Positions 49,539 through 60,566 of a stretch of DNA of 64,000 bases are shown in pieces. Origin of the DNA: Fistulifera solaris (Eukaryota); the NCBI GenBank assembly GCA_030295235.1, contig AP026147.1, positions 620,001-684,000 on the forward strand. The letters run 5' to 3'. The position numbers and the translations under genes are program-made. The notes under the pieces are model-generated. The model saw only the letters and a list, made by a program, of their open reading frames with translations, was not told where the DNA came from and did no database searches. Each line of letters starts with the position of its first letter. The stretch's first letter is position 1.

Positions 49539-50927
49539 TCATTCATCTACATCAATTGAAAGCATAAGATCAACTACCTTGTCCACCAACTTTCGGTTCG
49601 TACATCGATCTTGGACCATCGTCACTATCTTCTCCATCGCGTTCAAGTATTTCAGCTTGCAAATGTGTTCTGTGTCGCAGTATGCCTTGGCTTGCGCGTA
49701 GGAATCCTCCAAGGTTGCGACTTTGTCCTGATACACAGGTTCGATCCTCGCAAGTTGATTGTGTGTTTCTTGAAATCGTTTCGTATGGACTTGCAACACT
49801 TCCATGTTCTGAGCAATTTGCTCACTCGCCGCTATCAACCCAAGGTTCTTCTCTTTTGCTCCTTGAATTTGCGCTTAATACGATCCGTGTCTTCACGAAT
49901 CTTCTTGTTGTCTTTGCGGAGATATTCAATAATTTGCTGGCCTTGACTTCGGCAGGTCACTTTCTTTTCAATTTCTCGATCTTGACGTCGATCCATTTTG
50001 CCTTTCAGAATATCGTAGAACTTGTTCTTTTGGCTTCCGTATCAGTCCAGACTCTTTCTAGAGCTTCGCTGGTCAAACGTTCTCTGTTTTCAAGTCGGTA
50101 GGTAAGGAGTTGCACTCGAAAGTTCAAACGCCTCCACCATCCCCTCATCATGCGTTGAATGAGGATAGCCGCATGGATCGTCGTTGAACTGACGGGAGGT
50201 AGTTCGACCCTTTGACCTTACCAAAATCCCACGACGAATACAACGGAGCGATACCGGAAAATGCCACTCGTTTTTGTTTCGATTTCGGTGACTTGGCTTT
50301 GCTGTCCTTGTCGCTCTTTTTGGATTTCTTGGCATCCTTTTTGTCTTTCTTTGCCTTTGACTTGACTTGTTTGACTTCGACGGAGTCATCGTGTTCTTTG
50401 TCAAGCACAACATCGTCTTTCATGGCGGTAGAATCATCCAAATGGATGAGGAATGAATCGTCGCACGGCACCGTCACGGACGTTTGATCATCTTCTTTCG
50501 AAATCTTTTCATAGTCACGAGCACTGCCTACTTCGGGCATCGTTTGGGCTACCAACAGTTCCGGATCATCGAGCGAAATCGACTCATCGGTATTCCACAG
50601 CATACTATTGTTGAATGGATTGTGGGGATCTTTTTGAATGAAGGAAGGTCGTTTTCCTGCCTTGAGTTCTTTTCCGAACGTGGAGGCCCGCTGTGCGACC
50701 AGATTGATTTTCGGAGACTGCAACGGAGTCAGGAAGGCTTCCCTAGGGATTGCGGAGCGACCCCGAAAAACCGCCGGACTTTGCGGTGGTGTCAAGAACG
50801 ATTGAAAGACGTGAGGATGGGGACTGACGGTCGTGTCATTATTGAATTTTAAAGCCAATTCACGAACCGGACCGAGTTGCGCCCGTTCGATCTGAACATC
50901 GTGATTCTCAGGAGAAAGTGGTGACAT
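49539..50927 (-). CDS. IQ-motif and coiled-coil protein, paralog 2
   Basis: ORF 50148..50927 shifts into a frame reading AAILIQRMMRGWWRRLNFRVQLL (about 50110-50175), then continues into coiled-coil ORF 49539..49838. Several frameshifts. Confidence 0.7.
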
Positions 50928-51733
50928 GATTTCCTTGCTTTCGAGTGAATTATGCGGATTTGCTGTTTGACACGACAGAAGCGGTTTTGAGGAAAAGTTA
51001 TGCCGTCAAGTCAGTAGAAGAAAAAAAGAGCAATCTATTTGCAGCAGCGGTTCCTCGGCTTTGATTGTTGATAATTAGATACACCAAAAATCTGTTGAAT
51101 GGGAGAGAACGCAATTGTAAAAACCTTTTGTTGCAATTTATTATATAAAAAAAGAAAGAATGAAATGCATGCGATGCAAAAGGCGACGACGCGAGAGATG
51201 AGTGGAGAAAAAAATTCGTGCGAAGTGCGAAGGCCAAAATCAACCGCAAAAAAATGAAATGCGAAACCGGGAAAGACACAATGAGACAGTAAAGTACATT
51301 AACAGTCACGAGTTGTACTAAATACGAGAACCGTTTCTGATAGCTTGAGTAACAAATGACGACATACCTTTCTGGGTTGTGTAGTATTATTTGAAACCAG
51401 TCGGAAAGGACTTTGGACTTTTTGTTTTACAGTGCGATTTCTCCTGGGCTTATTTATGGAAGGTTTTTCAAACATAAAGGCAACTTTTCATGCGAACGAC
51501 GCATCCACGCAAGACCGATGACCAAGATGAACTTTATCAATAAAAGCGTCAGGTCTCTTCCCGTTGATATCCTTGTCCTCCCGTTTACTGTAATAAACTA
51601 TGCTATCTTCTCTTCCTTTTACTTTTTAACAACAGTATACATGTAAAGAGATTCCATGGAGAGCCATCTTGTTTGAGAAGAATGAGAAAGACGCAATTTC
51701 AGAAGTATTTTTGACAAAGGATTAATCGTCATC

Positions 51734-53321
51734 ATGGAAGCTCTTTGTCAAAATGATAGCAATCCACTCATCAGTGAAAAGCCGCGATTGCATAGCGCAA
51801 GCAACGCGATCGACAATGCGACGATGGATGGTTTGAGTGAACCGAAACGCCATATCATAGTTGATCGGGTGACCAAGACGTGCGTCCGCGAAAATTCCGT
51901 CAAAAGCATTCTGAGAAGCAAAACACGGGAAGAATCATCGGATATTCAACGAAGTCGAAGCAAGAGCAGGAGCAGTGTCACTCAAAGTAAAGAGAGTAGT
52001 GAGAAAGACGCGAAAAGTGAAACTGTGGACATTGCAAAATTCGAGAACCGCGACGCATCGCGCGACCGAAAGCGGAGTAAAAGCAGAGAACAAAAGAAAT
52101 TCGACGTAGCTTGCGAGCAAGCCGTCAAAGATTCCGAAAATGACACGACAATCGAGACTTCACCAAATGACGCGCAGCAGAAACTTCGAGGGCGTAGCAA
52201 AAGTCAAAATAGGTCGAAGAGTCGCGAGCGCTCGAAAAGTTCTGTGAGATCTTCTACCGGTACAAAAGACGACGATGGATCTACATCAGGGACGAGTAAA
52301 ACGCAAAAGATAGAAAGGACGACAAAGGATCTAAAAACGACACAGCCGTCAGCACTGCGAGAACTGACGAACTACGGAAACCTCGAGGGCGTAGCAAAAG
52401 TCAAAGTAGGTCAAAAGTGTAGAGCGCTCGAAAAGCTCTGCGAGATCTTCTGGAGAATCAGAAGACGACGAGAAATCCACTTCGGAAAAAAGTAAGCAGC
52501 AAAAGACGGAGACTACCAAAAGTCGAAGCAAAAGTAGAGGGAAAAGTCGCAGTAAAAGCCGTGACAGTCGAAAAGAAAGCAGTGATGGCAAGAAACATGT
52601 GATACGCATCAAGCTCGGTTCCAAAGACGCAAGTTTAGAGAAACTTATGAGCAGTAGGACGGATTCTTTCCGAGACACAGAAAAAGACATTCTCGAGCGA
52701 CTCTTGGTCGAGCATAGACTTCTGATGGAAGAACAACAAACACTGGCTATGGCTACCGATGTGCTGACCAAATCCAATATAGAGCTAGCCGATGATTTGC
52801 GGAAAATTCGTAACGACACCATGAAAGTAAGACTCGCCAATCAGCGCATACAACAAGAAACGCACCAGCTGGAAGACAGCATATTGCCAGCCTACCGCGA
52901 CAATGTTTCCAATTTAGAAAGCACGTTGGAGCAACAATCATGTACCAGCAGTTTTGAGAATTCACTACGATCTCTCTATCAAGAAGCGGTCCGTAAAATG
53001 TGTAAAAAAGTACGAAAACGACCCAGTGAAGTCGAGTTATCGGAGAAAATGAAAGTTTTGGCCGCGACCGAAATGGCTGCCGCTGACGACGAGGACGAAG
53101 AAGACGAAGCAGAAAGCTGTGAAACAGAAGAAAAATTCGCCGCGCATTTGTTTCCTTTCGACAATTGCGAGGTACATCTCTGGGATGACAGCGATGCAAC
53201 TGGATTGACTCTGGATGAAAGCGGGGTTTACGTCGACGACAACAGCGAGTCCGGCGTGTTTAATGATAACGACAGTGACGAAGATGATCATAGTTCAACT
53301 TTCAGCAAACGAATCGGATAG
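51734..53321 (+). CDS. RSKSR-rich coiled-coil protein, divergent paralog 3 (no IQ motif seen)
   Basis: ORFs 51734..52495 and 52599..53321 join by a frameshift near 52350. The C-terminal coiled coil resembles that of neighbouring paralogs; acidic tail. Confidence 0.65.
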
Positions 53322-53342
53322 ATTCTTGAATAAACCATTTCA

Positions 53343-54064
53343 TTACTTTCTTAATTTCTTCATGGTAAAGAATCCTCCTACTTTGGTTTCTTTCTTAGGT
53401 AGAGGCTGTTCTTGAGGCGAGTCACTAGGTGCCTTCGATGATGATTGCTTGACCGCCTTTGACAGGGCATTCCGGTCCATGATCAACTTAGGAGTGACTG
53501 TATCTACAATCATACCAAGAAATTTCCCTTGTTCGTCCCGACGCATTCGGTGAATTTCCAACACAGCTTGCCCTACTCCAATTCCGGAATATACTTTCAG
53601 GCATTGAATCGGTTCCTGTTTGGTCGATTCCGGTGCGCGTTGTGCCACAATCGGCACACCCCGATTTCGGACATCAGTAGCATTGAGTGATAGACAAAGC
53701 CAGTCTCCTGGAAACGATCCGTAATAGTGATTGGCCGTATCAACGAGTGTATCGCGTTCGCAGGAGAATCGGGTAAATTTGCCATCTTTCATAAACGTAG
53801 GAGGGAAATAAGGCTTTCCTTTTCAACGGCATCAAGCCACAATGATTTTTGACACAAATGATAAATCGTTCCAGATGCTTCGTACAGTTCTTCTTCTTCT
53901 TCCTCCTCCTCCTCCTCCTCCTCCTCGTTTTGTTGTTCTGCGATGCTGATGTTTGTTTCTTTTGACGGAGCCGACTTTTCCTTCATCGCACATGTTCCGT
54001 CTGGACATTCGATTTTCTCGCCTGGTGTACCGTCCTCGGCCGCTTGATAATGATACCAGCCCAT
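53343..54064 (-). CDS. DUF952 domain protein with acidic N-terminal stretch
   Basis: IYHLCQKSLWLDAV...YFPPTFMKDGKFTRFS...LVDTANHYY...DWLCLSL. Frameshift near 53817. Confidence 0.7.
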
Positions 54065-54427
54065 ATTTGGATTCAGAACTTGCTAATATTACAGAAAGCG
54101 GCAAACTTTAGCTTCTGATCAAACAAGAAGAAAAAGGGTTGCGTCGAAATTTGAAATGCGAGAATGTTTTTATGGCGTTTGTCGACAGGTCATTTTATCA
54201 AGGTCATTATTTAGACAGGTATGAAGTGTAGGCAGAGGTTGTTAACCTTAACTACTTTGTACTTGATTGCCGCTGACGACGCCTGTATGGCGGAAAATTT
54301 AACCGGCTAGACTAATAAATGATGATTGATGATTGATGATTGATAATTCGTTGCGGACAACAGTGTTTGGCAATCAATGCGTTCATCTTCGTAGATTGAC
54401 AGTAATAGTTAAAACGCATGAAAAAGT

Positions 54428-54722
54428 AATGCTTCGAACGTCTACGTAATTTCACGTAGACTAGCTCTCGTAGGGAAATTTATCGACAGAGGGGCAACCC
54501 GGATATTGAGAAATTTCGATGACACCATTTTTCGTCTTTTGTGGATACCAATGTTGATCATACTTTTCCCACTATCGCTTATGCAAGCAATGAAGCAATA
54601 ATCGACGTTGATGCGACAGTGAAACATGAAACAATAGAAAGCTACAACGCTTCCACTGTCTACGCTAAATATACGTAGCCGCCGTAAGAAATTTATCTCT
54701 GCAGGGGCACCCGGATATTTTG
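54428..54722 (-). repeat. Dispersed ~220-bp repeat family, locus 2 (two cores, inverted relative to locus 1)
   Basis: The reverse complement matches 21700..21990, including the spacer (tttcta.tgtttcat.tttcact...caacgtcgatt.ttgcttc...gcataagcga...gggaaaagta). Confidence 0.85.
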
Positions 54723-55000
54723 CTTTCCGCCATGTCGCAATTGTCCACCGTAAGCCTTATTTGTTTTGTATCAAAAGCAGTGATCGCCTTCGATTTCCCC
54801 ACGGAATAGGCGCTTAGTTAATGGTGCATTCTAAATTAGGTACTCTAGGGTCGACAAACAAGACGTTCCACACAAGTTAGTTCACGCGCAGACTGACAAC
54901 ACTCGCTTCTGTGTTCTGTGTATCGATCATTTATGTAGTACAAATCTATTGGAATCATTTAAAAACTAGTTGAGCGTGGAAAATCGAGATTGCCTTTTCT

Positions 55001-55993
55001 TCATGGCTTCGCTTCGCTATTGAATTTCGAATCGACTTCCAAAGCATAACCCACAATCTCGTCTACCAGCTTGGCCTGCTTACAATCCTCTTGTATGCTA
55101 TCCACAATAAGTCCAATGACCGTCATGTAACGTAACTTGACACCTTGCTCTGCCATAACATATTGTTGACGTAAATCCGCTTCACTTTCTAGCTTTTCCA
55201 CGGCCTGTCGGTATTCGGGAACGGCTTTTTGCAACGCATCATGCGCCTTGTGAATGTTAGCGACTTCTTTTTCCAACTGAGCGAATGTATCCGCGACCTT
55301 ATCGTTCACACTCTCCAAATTCTCATTCGCCGCTTTCAAATCAATCATTTCTTCGCGCAGTTGTTCGGCTTCTTGTCGTAATTTCTTGTTTTCCGCGCGG
55401 AGTCGATTGATCGTTTGCTTGGCGTCAAAGACGAGAGCCTTTTCTTCGTCAATTGCCGCGAGTTCTTTTCGTGCTTGGAGGCGCATCTTGTTGTAGAACT
55501 TTTCTTTTCGGACTTCTACTTCCGCACGAATTGCGGCAATGGCGTCTTCGGTGCGCTGATCCATCGTATCCAGTTTGTGTTGTAGCTCGAGGACTCGGAA
55601 GAAACGTCTTTGACGATATCCGCGAAAGATCTTTTGAATTTGCTGCGCGGCATCGTTGCGTGTCTTTGTGGTGGTAGCTTCCGAAGAAGATTTCGGGCTG
55701 GTCACGGCAGGAGCAAGAACCTTTGTAGGAACGTCGAACACTACGGCTTTGTGAACGGTGCTGTTGTTGCTGCTGACTTTGGCTTTTGAGATTTCGTCAC
55801 AACTTGTATCTTTCGCAAAACACCATTTGCCGTCAACTTTCGTCCAGCGGCCTCTCTTTTCATCATCGTAATCGGCTGTATAACGACTTTGTCGATTCAA
55901 AAGGCTGATGCTGAGTTTCGAACTCGGTAAGTACGAGTTTTGTAGCGAATCTCCACCGCACAAGATTTGTTGAGGTCGATGATCGAATTGCAT
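55001..55993 (-). CDS. IQ-motif and coiled-coil protein, paralog 4
   Basis: Intact 330-aa ORF; AAQQIQKIFRGYRQRR followed by a coiled coil ending IVDSIQEDCKQAKLVDEI. Confidence 0.8.
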   Translation of the reverse strand: MQFDHRPQQILCGGDSLQNSYLPSSKLSISLLNRQSRYTADYDDEKRGRWTKVDGKWCFAKDTSCDEISKAKVSSNNSTVHKAVVFDVPTKVLAPAVTSPKSSSEATTTKTRNDAAQQIQKIFRGYRQRRFFRVLELQHKLDTMDQRTEDAIAAIRAEVEVRKEKFYNKMRLQARKELAAIDEEKALVFDAKQTINRLRAENKKLRQEAEQLREEMIDLKAANENLESVNDKVADTFAQLEKEVANIHKAHDALQKAVPEYRQAVEKLESEADLRQQYVMAEQGVKLRYMTVIGLIVDSIQEDCKQAKLVDEIVGYALEVDSKFNSEAKP

Positions 55994-56691
55994 GATGAGT
56001 TGTTATCACTGTTGCTCTTGTTGCAGGTTGTTGTAGGTCAAGAGTGTTGCGTTTGAATGAATAATGAATGTCAATGATCCTGTTGCACATGCTCCAGTAG
56101 ACTTTGTTCGCTCAAAACGGCGCGGATGCGAAACCATGAAAGATCAAACTTGCACCTGGCATGCACTGTATGCTTTTGAGTGCGTTTCAGTCTTGCTGGA
56201 GAGATGGACTCTTTATGAATAAGTAGAGGCCCCCAGGCGCAAACGCGCGAAAACAAGCCCCAATCAAAAATCAGTGCTAAATGTGTCGTTTATGCCAGTT
56301 ATGCCCTTCTTTCCCTCACATTCCCGTTCTTTCCTTGGGTCATCCCGCTGTACTTTTTTATCGTAGAGTGACATGTCCGTGTTCGGTCTTGTCGGCAGTC
56401 TTGGTCTCTCCTTTTTAGTACTATGAACCTCTATACTGATCAAATCATTAACGGCAAAACGGCAGTCGGGTCCATGCGTGATTCAATTGTCACCGATCGG
56501 ACATTTTTCTTTTCAAGAAGCCGATGAAACAGAAGATCGCAATGTTCATCATCACATCATGACGAGCCCGTTCAAAAGAATAAAGAATGATACAAGTAAC
56601 GAGATCACCCAGCAATTAACGGAGTAGTTCGCTAGCCATTGCAATCAAAGAATACACAGAGAATGAATCAAAGGCTGCAAATTTACTAAAC

Positions 56692-58825
56692 ATGACCAGC
56701 ACTCCTCCAATTTGCGCAATGAATTGGGAGTCGAAAGAAATCACACTGGAAGATGTGCCCGAAAAGATTCCGAACGGCAGCAATGTATATATTGGTTCTT
56801 GTAGCTCGACACCGGAAGCGGTCTTGAATGCCCTCGTTGAACATTGGAAATCAACCGATATTCAGATTTTACAAATGATTCCTGGAGGCAATTTGCCGCA
56901 CATGAAAGAAAATATCGATCGTTTTCGTACTTCATCTTTCTTTTCTTTGAGTAAGACAATGTACTTGGGCCTCGAAAAGATCAATACATCCAAGAAAATG
57001 GAAGGATTGGCTGATTATAGACCCATGTCTTATTCCAGCGTTCCCCGATTATTAAAAGAGAATATTGTATCGGTTGATGTGGCGGTCATCAAAGTCACTC
57101 CTCCACACAAAGGGTTCGTTTCGTTGGGATGCGGTGTCGAACACACTATGAGTTTCATTCGACATGCCAAAGTCGTCGTCGCAGAAGTCAATATACATAT
57201 GCCGTGGACCGAAGGACACTCCAAGTTGCGTGTCGAAGACATTGATTGGTGGGTGCGACACGATCAACCGCTGTTGACGACGGAACAATTGTGGCCCGAT
57301 TTGTTGAAAGACCACGACATGAATCAGTATCCTCAAGAAGTCATTGATGCGATTGGTGAAAATTTGGTGAAGTTGATTCCTGACGGCGCCACACTGAAAT
57401 TCGGATGGAGTCCCATGTCCTATGTCGTTCTACCTTTCCTACACCGACGCAAGAATCTAGGATTGCATACAGATGTATTACTGGAAGATATGTTCCGCTT
57501 GCACGAAAGCGGTGTCTTTACCAATTCACTCAAAACGCTAGATACGGGCCGCACAGTCGTTTCACAGGCACATGGTAGTGCGGATCTCTACGAATACCTG
57601 GATCGGAACCCAGCGATTGAATTTCGTTCCAGTGATTATGTCAATGATCCGTTGACGCTCGGGAAAATGGACAATCTGATCGTCATTGAAGGTGCGCTCA
57701 AGGTACGTACATTCCTAGAGTGTTTGATGAAGCAGATCATGCACCTTTCCTTCTGATACCGATTGTTTCCTGACGTTCGTATTCAGGTTGATATGACCGG
57801 ACAAGTAGCTACGGATTCCATTGCGCACAAGTTCTATGGTGGAGTCGCCAGTACATCTGAATCGGTCCGAGGAGCTCATTTTTCGAAAGGAGGCTTTCCC
57901 ATCGTGGTGCTTCCCTCCAAAAGTTTGCAAGGAAGATCGAATTTGCTGTTTGCACTACCACCTGCTTCCGGTGTCACGATCACTCGATCGGTACGTACAA
58001 AGCACTGCTTAATGAAACACAACCAAATGGATTCGACTCATGCAATTACTCGATTCTACATTAAACCTTTTCTACGACACCTAGGATGTGGAATTCGTGG
58101 TAACGGAACATGGTATTGCCTACTTGTACGGAAAGTCGATTCGCGAACGATGCCTGGCATTGATTGAAATTGCCCATCCCGATTTTCGTAATGAATTGCT
58201 GGAAGAAGCCAAACGAAACAAATACATTTCGCTATCGCAGCCTGGTTATTTCCTTCAAAGTAAATATCCTTCCCAGTTTGAGTGCATGCACACGACGAAA
58301 CTAGGAAAAGAAGTGTTTGTGCGTCCCATCAAAATCACCGACGAAGAATTTTGCGTGCCTTCTTTCACAAACTGTCCGATCATAGCGTTTACTTGCGCTA
58401 TTTTCGCCGAATGCAATCCATGCCACAACGTATTTTACAACAATTTACGGACTTGAACTACTCCAGTGATATGGCCTTGGTTGTTCTGTACCCTCCCCCT
58501 CATCCCAGTGGTAATTCTTCGGAATTAGTCGCCATTGGTCAATGGATTACGGATCCCCGAGATAGTCACAGCGTTCCCGAAATGGCCTTTCAAGTGCGAG
58601 ACGATTGGCAAGGTCACGGCCTCGGAAAATATTTGTTTTTGCGTTTATTGGAGCTATCCACATATTACTACGAACACGTGCAATTCAAAGCAGATGTTCT
58701 GGCCGACAATCAAGCCATGCGACACGTGATTTGAACAGGCTCCGATACCCTATCGCAAGCGTTCGGAGTTTGGTGTGATCACGTATACATTTGATTTACC
58801 CGAAAAGAAAGAGTTGGCTTCTTGA
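56692..58825 (+). CDS. Acetyl-CoA hydrolase/4-hydroxybutyrate CoA-transferase-like domain fused to a C-terminal GNAT acetyltransferase
   Basis: DVAVIKVTPP..GFVSLG, AEVNIHMPWT, LIPDGATL, VDMTGQVATDSI and VVTEHGIAYLYGKSIRERCLALIEIAHPDFRNEL; then VFVRPIK...AFQVRDDWQGHGLGKYL...ADVLADNQAM. Introns 57703..57786 and 57991..58084; frameshifts near 58348 and 58730. Confidence 0.88.
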
Positions 58826-58999
58826 AGAAGCTGAGAACAATGAATGAAAAGCTGCCCATGAAATAAAACTGAAAAATTATTGCTCGTACCAGGTAAGCCT
58901 TCATTTAGCTCAAGTGTAGTGCGTGGCTACTGTGTCACGACTGGCTAGCAGTCATGAATCTCCAGTACAGATTTTCTGCCTACCGGTAATTATTAAGCA

Positions 59000-59411
59000 A
59001 AATGACCAGCCCAACGTATTGATTTCACCCCGTTGGTCTTTTCGGCAGATGGATTGATTGGAAAGCAGGCTAATCTTGCGATCAAAAAGCTTGCTGGGAA
59101 ATTAGCACTAAAATGGGACAAACAGTATTCTGTTGTATGTGGCTATGTCCGCTCTCGATTGAGCATTTCCTTAGTCCGTTCCGTTTCTATGCTGTTGCGC
59201 AGCCCGCGTAGTGGTTTGCCCCTTAGCTCTCATCCGCTTTGGTTAGATGGTGCTGGTCTGTCTATCTACTAACCTTATCCTCAATGGTGCTCCTTCGCGA
59301 TCTACCGTTTCCCTTCTGAGCGTACCAGATACGTCGTACAACTGATCCTCGTGTTAGACAAGCATAGTAGAGAAAGTAATACTATAAAGGACAAGTTTCA
59401 AAAAAAAAAAA
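59000..59411 (+). mobile_element. 5'-truncated non-LTR retrotransposon fragment (RLE-endonuclease type, CRE-like) with poly(A) tail
   Basis: FTPLVFSADGLIG...KKLAGKLALKWDKQYSVVCGYVRSRLSISLVRSVSMLLRSPR resembles the C-terminus of RLE-type LINE ORFs. Stop at 59272, about 130 bp of 3' UTR, then A12 at 59400..59411. Confidence 0.75.
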
Positions 59412-59594
59412 CCTGATACAGATTGTCTGGAAACGTAAGGGTTCCCTTGACCGCTTTCTCATGGAACGCGAAACTGAGTCACACAATCACACACAAAAAA
59501 AAAAACACAACGCAAAAATCTTTTTACAAACAACAAAGCAAATGGCTCTCTTCATCATTTATAATTTTTTCTTACCCATCGGAAAGAAAACAAC

Positions 59595-60536
59595 ATGAAA
59601 ACGCATGCGAGGACGACATTATTCCTGCTGGTTTTTAGCCACTTGGTTGCTGTAAGATGCTTCTTCGTCGCCGCGAGTCGTCGGCATTATTCTTTCAGGT
59701 CGTCCGTGCTCGGCATGACGGAAACAATAGTAGAAGAATCATCAACTGTGGACACTCAAGAAAACAAGATAAAGAAGAAACAAACAGACGAGAACAATCC
59801 TCGTCTTACCGGATTAGCCTTACAGCTGGACGAGGGAACTCGCAAATCACATTCTGTCGCACAGAATTCGGCCTTTGTAACAGGATTCTTCAAGGGATTG
59901 TCGACAAAAGAATCCTATCGGAATCTCATGACGAGTCTCTACTTTGTGTATCAAGTCATGGAACAAGATGCTTTCGATCGAACGCAATGCCCGTATGTGC
60001 GAGCTATGGACGATCCCGAATTGCGTCGATCAACAGCGCTGGAACAAGACATGGATTACTTTTACGGCAGTGACTGGAAGAACGTTGGCAACATTCGACC
60101 GAGTTCGGCAACACAAGCCTATGTCGCACGCGTCCAGCAAGTGACACAAAATGAGCCGTATCTACTCGTCGCTCATCAATATACGCGCTACTCAGGAGAT
60201 TTGTTTGGAGGGCAAATGATGGGAGGAATGGCGCAGCGATCGTTGAATTTAGAGCCAGGGAAGGGCGTGGCCTTTTATCAATTTCCGAACATTTTCAACA
60301 CGAACGAGTTTATTGCACAATGGTATACTCGTTTTGCACAATGGTATACTCGTTTGAATGCTTTGGAATTGACAGATGAGCAGAAAGGAGCGATTGTGGA
60401 TGAAGCGAATTTAGTGTTTGACTTGAACATCGGTATACTGCAAGAACTCGATGGATCTCCATTTTCCGCTATCTGGACCATGACTGTCAATTCTATAAAA
60501 AGCCAGACTGGGGTTTTAACCATTCTATATTATTAA
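59595..60536 (+). CDS. Heme oxygenase, plastid/cyanobacterial (ferredoxin-dependent) type, with presequence
   Basis: LDEGTRKSHSVAQN (proximal His), SLYFVY..ME, LEQDMDYFYG, LLVAHQYTRYSGDLFGGQ and IVDEANLVFDLN. N-terminal signal peptide. Confidence 0.92.
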   Translation: MKTHARTTLFLLVFSHLVAVRCFFVAASRRHYSFRSSVLGMTETIVEESSTVDTQENKIKKKQTDENNPRLTGLALQLDEGTRKSHSVAQNSAFVTGFFKGLSTKESYRNLMTSLYFVYQVMEQDAFDRTQCPYVRAMDDPELRRSTALEQDMDYFYGSDWKNVGNIRPSSATQAYVARVQQVTQNEPYLLVAHQYTRYSGDLFGGQMMGGMAQRSLNLEPGKGVAFYQFPNIFNTNEFIAQWYTRFAQWYTRLNALELTDEQKGAIVDEANLVFDLNIGILQELDGSPFSAIWTMTVNSIKSQTGVLTILYY

Positions 60537-60566
60537 TAACATGTTATGAGTTTGTCTTGTTTGCAT

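Noticed and set aside
53888..53927. (TTC)n(TCC)n microsatellite
   Set aside because: It simply encodes the poly-Glu tract of the DUF952 gene.
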